A stretch of DNA of 64,000 nt from Lama glama (taxonomy: Eukaryota), in NCBI GenBank assembly GCA_028534125.1, contig CM052816.1, positions 1,984,001 to 2,048,000 of the forward strand, written 5' to 3'. This document shows positions 1 to 12,460 of the stretch, piece by piece (position 1 is the stretch's first letter; every line of letters starts with the position of its first letter). Made by a program: the position numbers and the translations under genes. Below the pieces are notes generated by a model. It did no database searches and was not told the origin of the DNA. It was given only the letters and a program-made list of their open reading frames with translations.

Positions 1-1790
1 GTTATAAACTGGGAGATGTTCATAATATTCACACTTGCCTAAGAATATAGAAACGGCTCAAATATGTATACATAAATATATACTCAAATTATACAGCAGA
101 TTTTCAAATGACCAACTTTTCATGAAATGGGTTGGGGTGAATTAAAATTTTTTGTTTTCATTTTATAGTGCTTAAACTATTAATGGAATAAGATTCCAGT
201 ATCATTTTCCTCTATTCTTTCTATATTTAATTTTAAATTAGATTTTTATTGGATTTTAAATGCTTAAATAAGGATATATATGTATTTATTTGTGTGTGTA
301 TATAAAACACAGAAGTCAGACATGAATTTAAAACTGTTGGCATAATGTATTTACTCTTCTATGTCTGTGTATAAGTATGTTCGTATGTATATGTAAATAT
401 GTACCTATATTATATAAATGGATCATGGCTAGCTTGATTTTGAAAAATATATTTAAAGTTTTAAGGCAAATTGTCCCAGTATAACTACTGTTATAGTGGT
501 CCCTTTCTGCCTGCCGATCTTTAAAAAAATAAGCCTTTTATGTTTGGAATCTCAAAGTAGAGCTACGGTGGCAGGTTTATGTTTGACACAACTTCTGATA
601 AGAGAAATGTTTGGCAAGAAAAGATGTAAAATGCGTTCAAAGTACCTAGCTTTAATTTTAGCCATGATAATAATTCACTTTCTTCTCAGAATTGCTAGTT
701 GTAGAGTCCTGCACAGCATAGCGCTTGACTTTGTGTGTGGTTGTTTTCCCTCCCACCTGTATCATAGTTAAGGTAGGAGGGATGAGTCACGCTCCTTTTC
801 TGTCTCCTCGAGGTCCTTTGCATGGATTTGAGGACATACTGCGGGTACTAATATTTAGTTAAGCCAGCTTAATTTTTGTTACAGCTGTGAGCTTTAAACT
901 GTTTTGGTTGAAATTCACATTTCCTCATAATGATTTAAAATAATATGTGTTCATTTTTATAGGAAATCATTAAATAATAATTTTAAGTCTTGATATTCAA
1001 TTTACGTAGGTTGTTAACTGTGTTTTGTTTTTGAGAGAGGGGACAACTGTTTTGGGCTCATGCTGATTTCTTTTGATTTGTAATCCCTATGTTAAAAAGT
1101 CACCCCAGCTTTGACTCTGATTTGCCCAGGAAATGGAAGTATTGAGCATCTTTTTTTTTTTAATACATAATCTATTAGCTTATAAATTGGATATATAAAG
1201 TAAATAATAAACATGTAGAAGGTGGAAATCATGCCTTTTCTTCTATTGCACAAAAAGAATTTTTCAAAGTTCTGCTTAGGGCACTTGTTGACGGGGTTTT
1301 TTATATTTTTCTATTAGAAGAAGTTGGCATATGATCTGTATTAAATTTGGGGTATATTTAAAGAACAATCTATTAAAATATTGCAGTGTACAAAGAGGTA
1401 AAAGAAAAGATTATGTTCCTTCTTCTTTTGCTGTAACTCGGGTGGGGGAACTCCTGCTGCGCATTCCACTGTTGACAAGGAGGGTTCGAGTGGAATCAGA
1501 AGCTGAAATCTAAGTCTGAGAAATCTCGACACGTTGTGTGTCTTAAAAGCATTAAGTTATACATGTGACTATTCCCCTTTGTAAAAACGATGAATTAACT
1601 TTTGTCCTGCCTACATCATAGGGCTTTGCAGTTGGATGAATAGACGGGTAGGTAAGAAATGGTAGTAATAGATGGAAAGTAATTTGAAAAATAGCAGGCA
1701 GAAGTGAATTTTCAAGTATTATTTGGCACTTACAGACAAGCCTTTGTCCTTAGGAGCTAGAGTTTAAGTTTGGGTGATAAGAATTTTTTA

Positions 1791-1792
<2 letters not shown>

Positions 1793-1820
<28 letters not shown>
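1793..1820. repeat. (TG)n microsatellite
   Basis: About 14 TG units read directly. Confidence 0.95.
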
Positions 1821-1824
<4 letters not shown>

Positions 1825-2804
1825 CACACACATGCATAACTATTTTTATTTAGGTAATAAATATAAAACAGAAATATAAAGAACTTTAGATACATATGAT
1901 ATATATGAAAAATGTATTATATATAAATATCTGTGTATTGATACAGTGTTTCAGTTCATTATATGATTGTTTGGTACTGGTGTTACGAGTTCTGAGTGAT
2001 TCCTAGGGAAAGGATTATATTACCCGTGTAAATATATTTAGCTTGAGCTAGTCTAAAGGGTTTAGAAAAAGAGTGGGATAGAGGTGTTTCTGATGGGATA
2101 TTAAAGAATGTTTATATTTTTTTCTGAGACGTCAATTAATTAACCATCTTTGCTTACAGTGGGGGGAACAGATACTGAGCAGATTGGACTGAAAAATTGG
2201 GAGTGGGGGACCTCAAATGCCAGGCTGGGAAGTTTAGAGGAGGCGCTGACAGTTTTGTGCTGGCTGAGCTTTAGGAAGATGAGTCTGTCCAGGCGCAGGG
2301 GCTGGAAGGCAGGAAGATCCGCCAGTAGATCTGAGAGCGCAGCAGTTCATAGTTTCCTCCCGTCTCAGCAGTTGAGAGGAGTGATAGCCCTGCTACTCGG
2401 GAGCCGTTCCTCTTAGTGACACCGCACTGACGGCCGCAGGGAAGAGAACGTCATGACTTAAGACTGCAAATTACTGTTAAAATTGTTAAGCTATGATGCT
2501 ACAAAAGCCTGAAATCACTTTGAAATTGCTAGGAATAAGAATGAGGCTGAAAGCCAACTATTGAGGGGAAAAAAAAAAGAATTGACGGTACTTGGCGGTT
2601 GACTGAGTGTGGAGGCTAGGAGACTAGGAACGAGTCAGGGGCTTGGGAGCCCCGGCCTTTGCCGTGACTTGCCCTGAAGTCCAGCACCATGGCTGGTCTG
2701 GAGAAGGCTGCGCGGTGCATGCTGCAGGACTGAGGCACGGCACAGGACCTGTTGGTTGTGCTGCTGGTGACAGACGTGTTTAAAGAATACTTTTCCTTCT
2801 CTAG

Positions 2805-2952
2805 GAGTTTATGGAAACACTTCCGTGCTGTGAGCCTTTGCTTATTTTTACTGGTATTCCCTGCTTATATGGCTTACATGATTTGCCAGTTTTTCCACAT
2901 GGACTTCTGGCTTCTTATCATTATTTCCAGCAGCATCCTCACCTCTCTTCAG
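2805..2952 (+). CDS. RNF145: RNF145 internal coding exon (multi-pass membrane region); earlier exons lie upstream of the window
   Basis: Acceptor ttttccttctctag|G and donor CAG|gtaagc. 148 bp encoding SLWKHFRAVSLCLFLLVFPAYMAYMICQFFHMDFWLLIIISSSILTSLQ, recognisable as RNF145 and in frame with the next exon. Confidence 0.96.
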
Positions 2953-3869
2953 GTAAGCCCAGGATTAATTGACTTTATATAATAACCGATTTTCTTATTT
3001 TTCCTTCCAGAAAAGAAATTAAACTTTTTCAGGATTAATGATGTTAAGTGGCCTATTTAGGTGATTACTTCCCACCCTTTTTGCTAGAATGCATTACATT
3101 TATTTGAGCATAGGGGTTAGAAGGTAGGCCAATTAAAACATTAGGCCAATCTACGTCACTGTATTTCTTTTTATCAAGATAATTAAACTTTGCAATATCT
3201 CTTTTTTCAAAATGGTATGATATAGAGCTGTCATGTAATTCTTAAAACAGAAAAGTAACTATCAAATATTAAAAAACTTAAGCACTTGTTTGGAGCACAC
3301 TTTTTAGCAAATGCCCACTTGGAAATATTCATAGTTTCATGATACGGCATCTTGTGTATGTGTTACACAGCTAGGATGTATATTTTACACATACCCACAA
3401 CATTACCCTGGGAATGATAAGCTTACTGTAACTTGAAGGTAGATCTTGGCTGCCTGATCAGTAAGAAGTAAAAGAAAATGTAGCTCTGGCAGTAAAGATG
3501 TAGTCATCGTTCCTTGTAGGAGTAAAGGTTCTTTGAAAGTTGAGGAGTAAGCTATGGTTACAGAATTAGGAAAATTTAGACAGAATTGTGAGGATTTTGA
3601 TGACCAGAGGAAAGGGGAAAAGGGAAGAAGGGAAAGTCAGAGAAAGCTGATTACTGATCAGAGTCACTTTAGGAGAGTTCTGTGGCGAGGTGCGACTTTC
3701 AGTGTCTGACACCTGGGTTGCTGGTTCACCCGCGTCTTAGTAACACCACTGTCTCCTCTGGATGTTACGTCTGGCTTCCTAAATGTATTAGGAATGTGTT
3801 ATTGTTTAAAGTCTGTGAAAAACCTTTCTTAGTGATTATATTGTCTTATTATACATACTTTTCTTCCAG

Positions 3870-4226
3870 GTTCTGGGAACACTTTTTATTTATGTCCTAT
3901 TTATGGTTGAGGAATTCAGAAAAGAGCCAGTGGAAAACATGGACGATGTCATCTACTATGTGAATGGCACCTACCGCCTGCTGGAGTTTCTTGTGGCCCT
4001 CTGTGTGGTGGCCTACGGCGTCTCGGAGACCATCTTTGGGGAGTGGACAGTCATGGGCTCAATGATCATCTTCATCCATTCCTACTATAATGTGTGGCTT
4101 CGGGCCCAGCTGGGGTGGAAGAGCTTCCTTCTCCGCAGGGATGCTGTGAATAAGATTAAATCGTTACCCATTGCTACGAAAGAGCAGCTTGAGAAACACA
4201 ATGATATTTGTGCCATCTGTTATCAG
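3870..4226 (+). CDS. RNF145: RNF145 penultimate coding exon (last TM helices and start of the RING-H2 finger)
   Basis: Acceptor ttttcttccag|GTT and donor CAG|gtaact. 357 bp encoding VLGTLFIYVLFMVEEFRKEPVENMDDVIYYV...KEQLEKHNDICAICYQ. Confidence 0.97.
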
Positions 4227-6435
4227 GTAACTCTCACAGTAAGAAGCCGTTTGGGTGGGTCATGCTGTGTATCCCTTGGGACTTCATCCTCATTACCCAA
4301 ACTCAAGTTACATTTCCAGGCAGAAATTATCTCCTGGGTGAAAAAAAAAAAGTGGGCCTCAGAAATTACTAAAGACCTGATAAAATATTTCCATTTTATG
4401 TCTAAAGTAGGTTTTTAATTTAGTCCCTGAAGTTCTAATTTATTGTTATTTTCAACATTATTGCTCACCTGCAAATAAAGGAAAAACAGGTTAGGTGTAT
4501 TTTATATTTTACTCCTGAATATATATATATATACTTATATATACACACGCACACACACATATATATGTACTATCAAATATATACTATCAATCAGGAGTCG
4601 GCAGCTTCTGAAAAGTGGTGTGCCAAGATTCTGATTCTTTTCCTTCCAGTATTCCCAGGGTGGGGAAGAAATGTTCATTCACTTAACATAGGTGGAGAGA
4701 GTATGTGCTTACCTGTGGGTTGAGGGGTATCTGAGATGGTACAGCCTGTGTGTGTGGAAGAGTGGGGCGGGGGAGAGATGGTAGAGGCAACCAATGTGTA
4801 CCATTGCACTTGGCCCACCTGGCACCTGTGCCCTTGGAAATATAACAATAATAAAAAATAGGCCTAGAGTTTAGTCACCAGTCCACCTATGCAAGAGGGT
4901 GACTGAGTAGCAGCTTTGACAGCTAACCTGTACTGTTGGAAGTGTGGACGGAAATTAGGGGCAATGATACAGACTGTTTAAAATCACTCTTGAAGAGCAT
5001 GGGCTGGTGGAATACAGCTCTGGATAGTGTCAGTGAGCATCCAGGGAGGTGCCTTCTCCAAGGCTGGTTTACAGTGTGATGGGATGTGTGTGTATGTGTG
5101 TGTGTCAAGACTATCTAGAATAAGAATTTTTCCTAAGAGAAAAATTCACCTACCACTTTTTGATTGTTCTCAGAGTGTACTTTTAGGTACTAGCAAAATA
5201 ACGTTTTCCAGGTTGTTTTTGCACCTGGGGCAGGGATCTGAGGAGTAATGCAGTTTTCCCTCCAGGTTAAGTGGTCACTGTCTTCGTTCTGGCTCCATTA
5301 TGCTCAGTAGCCTTGTACTCAGAGCAAAGCACAGCGAGGGCAGATTCAGGGCACCGAGGTCTAAAAGCACCATCTCTGGGGTGTAACAGTCGCCTTTTTG
5401 TGTTTCCTGTTGTCACATCACTTTTTGAGGTGCTAGAACTCCCTGCTGATACCACACAGAACACGAACGTCAGAATGCTGAACTTCCCAGCTGGCTGCTT
5501 TTCCTTGGATGGCTTTCTGCTTAAAAATTCACTCCCAGGTGTTACCAGTTCTTGGCAAGGAATTTCTTCGATACCCACAACTCCTTGTTTTGGGACTTTT
5601 AAACAGAATTAATGGTTGATCCATCAAATGTCTGTTCTTACAATTTAAACTTCATTTCCTCAGACTTCCCTCCCCAAGTATCTTAACGCAAGGACTGTTA
5701 ATGCCAAGTGTACCACTTGTTATCCCAGTGGTTATCGAACTTGAGTGTGCATAGAAGTCACACGGGTGGCTTGCTGTGTCTGTGGGTCTGTGAATGCCAT
5801 CTTCGGATATCCAGATCCGTAGGTCTTGAGGAGCGCCCAGAATATGCGTGGTTAACAAGCATCCCTGGTGGTTCCAGTGCAAATTGAGAAACACTGGCTT
5901 ATGCCATATCCGGAAGACCGGGATGTACATCGTCCCTGACGAGATTGCCACTTCCTTGCCAATACCCTGGTGTTATGTGGCTGATTGTCTCCTTGCCAAT
6001 AAGCTCATCGTGGAATACTCTGTTGAGCTGTGTTGAAGCAAAATGGTGGAAAAGTTCTGTCCGCGTCATATTTTCTGAGGTTTTAATTATACTTGTGCCA
6101 TCCCGATGGCAACCCAGAGATCATGCTGCTACAGTTGTGTCACCTCATGTTTCATACTGAGGGAGAATCCAGTTAAGAAGATTGTTTCTTCCTCATTTTA
6201 GGTTTTTACTTCTTTTTACAAATTGCTTATCCAGTGGTTCTTGCATTATTTGTATGAAGGGGTCTCTGGTGTCAAGCAGATTATTACTAAAATATAAGAT
6301 GAGTTTTATTCTAAGATCTGTGTTACATATTTTCTGTGGAGAATTTGTGGGAAAGAAATGTTGGAATTAGAACTTGGGCGCGGCAGCAAAGATTTTAGAT
6401 AACAGACGTGTGTGGGGTGTCTCCCCCCCCTTTAG

Positions 6436-6819
6436 GACATGAAGTCTGCTGTGATCACACCCTGCAGTCACTTCTTCCACGCAGGCTGCCTCAAGAAGTG
6501 GCTGTATGTCCAGGAGACCTGCCCTCTGTGCCACTGCCACCTCAAAAACTCCTCTCAGCTGCCAGGCTTGGGGCCTGAGCCGGGTGCACAGCCTCCTGCT
6601 GGAGCCGAGCAAAACGTGCTTCAGGAAGGTACTGAACCCCCGGGCCAGGAGCGTCCTCGAGGGACTGGGGTGCACGAAGGTTCTAGGGACAATGACGCAT
6701 GCGTTGCCAGAAGATCAGATAGCCAGGAAGGGACCTGTGAGCCCAAGGACAATCCCGTTACTGCGAAAGGGGAAGCGTGTCCTGCTGAGGTCAGCCTGCA
6801 AGAACAGGAGCAGGAGTAA
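6436..6819 (+). CDS. RNF145: RNF145 terminal coding exon (rest of RING-H2 and C-terminal tail)
   Basis: Acceptor cccccctttag|GAC. DMKSAVITPCSHFFHAGCLKKWLYVQETCPLCHCHL completes the C3H2C3 RING begun by CAIC. TAA at 6817-6819; the exact stop is uncertain (see findings). Confidence 0.94.
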   Translation, partial: DMKSAVITPCSHFFHAGCLKKWLYVQETCPLCHCHLKNSSQLPGLGPEPGAQPPAGAEQNVLQEGTEPPGQERPRGTGVHEGSRDNDACVARRSDSQEGTCEPKDNPVTAKGEACPAEVSLQEQEQE

Positions 6820-8055
6820 CGCTTTGCTGCCCCGGCGGAGAAGTTAGCTCACGATGCATTTTGGGCTCAGATGTGAGGAATGAATGTATGAGGCGATTAG
6901 GCGGGAAACTTGACATTCCAAGGATCTAATCCAGGAAGTACTCTCAGTGGAGATGGCCTGCTTTCATCCCCTTGACAGTGTGAGAGAAATTTTGCAATGT
7001 ATGCTAATCGCAGTGTATTTATATATCCTATGCTGATGTTTGGTAGAGGTTTGCCAAGAAAATTCAACCTCAGCAGCTTCAGAAACTGCCCCTGATCTGA
7101 TAAATAAAACAGATTTGAGTGTCTGAAAGGGGCTGACGAGAGGAGGATAAGGAGCATGAGGCCGGCATGGGAGGAAGCAGGCAGAGGTGGGACCGAGGCT
7201 TCACTTTCTGTGGGACAGGATCATTCTCGTTACAAAGTATGAGTAGCGACCAGCCCTTTTCTCCACCCTCTTCTCCCTCAGTTAATTGGAACTCAGTCAG
7301 GTGATTACTTGTACAGCACTGAAATGAAATCAAAGATGTAAAAGCATTGATTGTATTCAAAGATTGAAGCACGCTCGTACTTCGTAAGTGCTTTGGGGGA
7401 GGGGGGTGGGCACTGGGGCCTTGTGGGTGCATTCATGTAATCTGAGACTCTTGAACTTTATGACGGAGTCTTCAATATTTTGATGTATATGAAACTTTTG
7501 TTAATACATTGTATACTGTGTTGGCTGTGTGAAGTAAACTAAAACTCTGGTGAACACTTTGGAGTCCACGTTAGTGTAGGAGGCCAAAGTGGGAAGGGCT
7601 TTAGGGCACTGATAAAGGCCCTGCGTGCACTGCTTTTCAATCCTGTGTAACGTTTAAATCCTGCAGCTGAATCAAAACAGTGTTAAATAATGGCAATATT
7701 TGCACTTTGGGAATGAGTACATGACTGTATGATCACACTCTGCAAATGCCGCTTTTAAAGCTGTTAATAGACTTTGCACCTTTTCTTTGACAAGGATGTG
7801 TCATATTTAAATTTTTACATTCATCATGGCTACCAGTAGATCTGGGGAGGGGGGAATGTAACTTTTTTATGGGAATTTTGATATGAAAAGAAACTAGTCA
7901 TTTATTTATACAATAGGCTTGGCTCAAAAAGTGTTTTTCAGACTTGGTATTCCTAATGTGGGATGTGACTTTATTTTATTTTTAGTAGCGAATTTGGATG
8001 TAGACTGACAGACATAGCTGAATGTCTTAATAAATTTAAATTTGAAGATAACCCT
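6820..8055 (+). other. RNF145: RNF145 3' UTR (end approximate)
   Basis: Follows the stop codon, AU-rich, no obvious interspersed repeats, ends shortly after AATAAA at 8029-8034. Confidence 0.75.
8029..8034 (+). terminator. Polyadenylation signal of RNF145
   Basis: AATAAA followed by U/GU-rich sequence (tgttttattcctgtgatgatgattattgt). A second, proximal AATAAA is at 7103-7108. Confidence 0.75.
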
Positions 8056-9190
8056 GTTTTATTCCTGTGATGATGATTATTGTAAAGTGTCTTGCTGAAG
8101 TTCTGTTCTTGGAGGTTCTACCTAGCTGGGCTTCTGATATCGTGATCCCTGTCACAGTATGCCCTGCAGATGGCAAAACCTTTTGATTGGGAAGTCTCAG
8201 TTCTTTGAAATCCTGCATAGCAATGGTAGCAAGCCTAACTCCGCAGCAGAAGCATCAGGGAGCTTTTTAAAAAATTTTCTGAACCCCACTTTAGACGTAC
8301 TGAGTCAGCCTTTGGGGTGAAGGTGCATTTCAGTGCTTCCTGGGTGATTCTATCCATCCAGACTGACACCAGCACAATTTTACATTTAGAGAAGTGGCTA
8401 GGCCAGAATGGGTTTGTCCCCAGACGTAGCTGGAAGTTTCTCACCGTCCTGCTGGCAATCCTTGTTAGGCAGAAAACAGAGCAGAGGGCCCCCTCTAGTG
8501 GTAGTCAGGCTGGTGTCCAGAGACCTACCAGTGATCTCAGATTTAAAACTAATTTTCAGCCTTTGTGTAAAAGGTATGTGGTCAGATATTAAACTTTTTG
8601 GTGCCCTGTTTGAAGAAATAAAATTGCAGATAAAGTTGAAGTTATTTACGGTGCAGTGAACTTGGCCATCCTTCAGCACTGTTTACACTTCTGACCAAAG
8701 GATTCTCAGACCTAAGAAAAAGTACTGAGATGTTTTCATAAAAGCAGGGACTCCTTTGGCATCAGTCTCACCTCCTAATAGAGGTGAGACCCCACAGAGA
8801 CCCCAGCTCTGTTTGCCAAGGCACGAGCCTCTCAGCCCAGCAGCCTGGCGGACAAATGGCCCCTCTGCCAGCGTGTGTGCTTTTGCTCCAGTCAGAAGAG
8901 CAACGTTAACGCTGTAGTAGTAGCCGAACCCCTCACAACCTCTGTGGCTTCAAAGCAAACGATTATGTCACATATACTGTCTCTATGTCTGTCAGTGAGT
9001 TGGCAGGGCTGCTGTGTTTGGTGCAGACAGGCAAATTTGTCCTGAACCTTCCTGATGGTCATGGCAAGGGAAGGGGCTCCAGAAGTCTGTCCATTAGCAA
9101 TTACATGCTCTTCCCGGCAGTGGATGCACCGCCCCATGGCCAGGACTGTGGCCCCACCTGCACAAGAGGATGTGGAAGTTCACTCCTTCC

Positions 9191-9238
9191 AACCCTAACC
9201 TTAACCCTAACCCTAACCCCAACCCTAACCCTAACCCC
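9191..9238. repeat. Interstitial telomeric repeat (AACCCT)x8, i.e. TTAGGG-type on the minus strand
   Basis: AACCCT AACCTT AACCCT AACCCT AACCCC AACCCT AACCCT AACCCC. Confidence 0.92.
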
Positions 9239-12200
9239 GGACCTGGAAGGAGACGGATGGGCTGATAACACCTCAGCTGAAGCAACACTTCATTTTTTAT
9301 TTACACATTATTCAAAATTTGGGAGCACACCTGTGAATGATTCAAAATTCATGACTGAGAACCTCTGACTTAGCTTGCTCTCTGTTCTAGCAAGCTGGGA
9401 CGGTAGCATTGTATAATGCCGTCTGTATTTCACATTTCTGTTTTCCGGTCCTTATTGTTTTTATAGCTTTCAACTCACGGCCAGACTTTTGACTTAAGAA
9501 GGAAACACAGAGTTTAACCACCTAGTTCGTACTGCTGCAGAGAAAACCAGAAAGTTAGATTCACTTTGCCTTCTCTGATGCTTGATCAAATTAAGAAAAT
9601 ATCAAAGCCCCACGGGCCAGTCTGCTTAATGATTTCCACTGTTTTTCAGGCAGTGCATACACAGTTTCACTCATCAGCTTTCTCTTAAAAACTTTGATCA
9701 CCTTATGAACTTTGACATCGAAGTTAGTACTAGACAATCAAAACTGTCATACTGGTTTTCAACATGTATTACACTGTTTCTTGCTTTTCATATATTCACA
9801 TACAACTTTGTCCTAATGATCTAAATCATGCTGTTTGCACAGCATGTCTCTAGAGGTCTGACTTTCAAACACTGGGCTGAACACGAGGTTGCCTGGAACC
9901 CCTCGTTAGAATTTCCATGTTTTCTCTTAAGAATGTGCTAGGTTTTCATGAGTATTTTACGTGAGAAGCACTGTGCTTTTCCAAAAGGTTTGGGGGTATA
10001 TGTCAGATGGTAAATTTAACTGGTTAATGGAGAAGGAAAAATTTTATAGTTTCTGAGTTTAAAACGGAGGGCTTTTTTCTATGTCTATGGTAATCGGACA
10101 AGAGCCATACAGAGATTTAAGTATTACTAAATTATGTGCCAGTTTTGGGGGGAAAAAAACCTTAAAAAAAAAAACAAGATTTTACACTCCAATTGCCTCC
10201 ATTCTGGCTTTAATAAAAATAGAATTTCTCCAACTGTAGAATCATGGCAAGTTAAGACAGGAGTTAATTAGAAGATTTTGACTGTTTTTTGAAAATGCTC
10301 TATTTTAAAAAATTTATTTTTCCTCATGCTTTTCAACACTAATTATTTGGAAAGTAAAATATTAAAAAAAAATAACAAAACCAAAAATCACTCGGCATCT
10401 CACTTTTGGAATTAGTCTCCTCCAGTTTTACATCCAGTGTTAGCAGAACTACCCTTGTTGACAAGCCCCCCCACCCCCAGGGGTTTCTTTCACTTCTCTT
10501 TTCAAAGGCCACTACGTATCATTTGGCTTCTGAAATTCAAATACATCCCAGGCAGTTTTGTAATTCATCAGTTAAGGCACACCTGCTCCTCCCGCTTTTG
10601 AAGAGAGAGAATACTATGACTTAAAAATAGGGTTATATTTTGTAGGTAGTACTTGCTAAGAAAATAATCCAAAGTTCTAGGAGCAGTGTAGAGAAGGAGT
10701 GACTGTGGGCACTCAGAGAAGGTCTCTCCTCCTCTCCTCCAGTGCGTTGGACATTGGTTACAGTATGGCTGAGTAAAATGTAGGCCATTTCTAGGGAGGA
10801 CAGTAAACCCTCCTCTTAACCACACTTCTGGTGTCCCGTTCATTTTCCTTTTCTCACTGACACCAATCTTGGTGTTCTTTTTCCAACTCTTTTTTTTTTA
10901 AATGAATATTGGCTGTTTGACCTTAAATTTTATTTCTATTCTTAGTAGATGGAAGTAACTCCTTGCTTTGCTGTTGTTTTGTATGTCCTAAGGTAAGAGC
11001 GAATGGCTTCTGACTAGCTGGTAATGATCATCTCATGAATGGAGACGAAATTCCAAGTCAGTTCTGGGTGGAATATTCTCTTTTCCAAACGACAGCTTCC
11101 CAAACTGCAGTCATCTCTCTGATTGACATCGAGCCTGCTGATTTCCTTTGACGATCCTTTGTCAGTCCCCTTGGATTTAGGGAAATAGCAGAATGGGTGA
11201 GAGGAGCCCTGAGTAAAGGCAGGAGCTCTGGGCGATGCTTTTGACTCCCTTTCAAGCTGTGTGATCCTTGGCCAGCCTTTGTTTCTCTGGGCTTCAGCCT
11301 CACTTGGAAAAATAATCACCGAGGTGTCATTCTGCTCTTAAGATTTTGCCCATCTGTATTTTTCATCTTTACCACTGACAGAGTGAAGAGCTTCGTGTAT
11401 TTTTTTTAACGTGCTATGCCAAACATTAAACGTAGCTAAGGTTCGGCTTTACCACTGTATTCCCAGCGCCTCACACAGGGCGGGAGCTCTCTCGGTGTCT
11501 TCTGACCGAGCAAACAGATTTAGTAGGTAGCTCCTTGTATGAACCCCTTAGTTCAAAAATGGCAGGGAATTCTGTTAGCTCTAGAGACAGCATAATGTGA
11601 TGTGCCTGCTAGAAGTAATTTCTGTAAGATGATTGTTTTGTTATCTGAATTCAGATACAGAGTTCAGGGCTTCTGGAACAGAGCTTACAGACTTGGCATA
11701 TTCAGGTGAAATGTGGGCTGATGAATTTTGCTTTGTTTTGTTGTTGGGCCTTAATGGTGCATTTCTAAATGGTGTTTTAAAAAAAAACATTTGACTTAGT
11801 CGCCAACCCTTTAAAAATTATGTGACTATACATCCAAATAATGCAGGTTCTAGCTTCTTTTGGAAAGTTGGAAGAGCTGCCCCCTGAGGTTACTCATTCC
11901 TGCCTGGCACTGGTTCCCAGGAGTGGAGGAGGGTCGACTGGGCTTTCTGATCACCCCCAGATACCCTCCCCACCACGACCTGCTCTAGAAAATTAGACTG
12001 TAATCATCAAATTCTCCTGTTCACATGAGAGGTGCTGCGATTACTGGGCAAGTTCGACTTCTCACTTAATGAAGTTGTACAGTGCAAATATTCTGCATTG
12101 ATCAAAGTGAGAAATAGAACCAGGAGCAACGTGGATAAATCTGATGTTCATTTGTGAAAGCATAGAATCCATATATTTTAATTTTTCTTTAATTGCATTA

Positions 12201-12329
12201 GTTAAAAAAAAAATCAGAGACCAAGTGTTTCATTTGAAGATATTTTCAAATTTGGGTCTATCTTTGAATTTTGCAGTGTGATATCCACAAATTGTCACAG
12301 CGTTTTTCCATCTTTGTTAGGCACTGGAA

Positions 12330-12460
12330 GCAAGTGAAAAACACAGCTGCCTGGACCCAACCCCATCGATTCTGACTGGGTAGGTTTGGGATGGAGCCTG
12401 GATCTTTATCTTTTTACAGATTTTGCAGATGATTCCGATCCCATCGAAAGGTGAGAACTT
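12330..12460. mobile_element. MER5-like hAT-Charlie DNA transposon fragment
   Basis: ctggacccaaccccatcgattctgactgggtaggtttgggatggagcctgg...gatgattccgat...aaggtgagaac resembles MER5A. Judged by eye. Confidence 0.5.

Noticed and set aside
4227..4418. ORF-track extension of the RNF145 exon into the intron
   Set aside because: It reads through a canonical donor and would truncate the RING finger; nothing supports such an isoform.
8765..8790. Perfect 10-bp hairpin GTCTCACCTC-CTAATA-GAGGTGAGAC
   Set aside because: Too short for a pre-miRNA, isolated, and plausible by chance in 64 kb.
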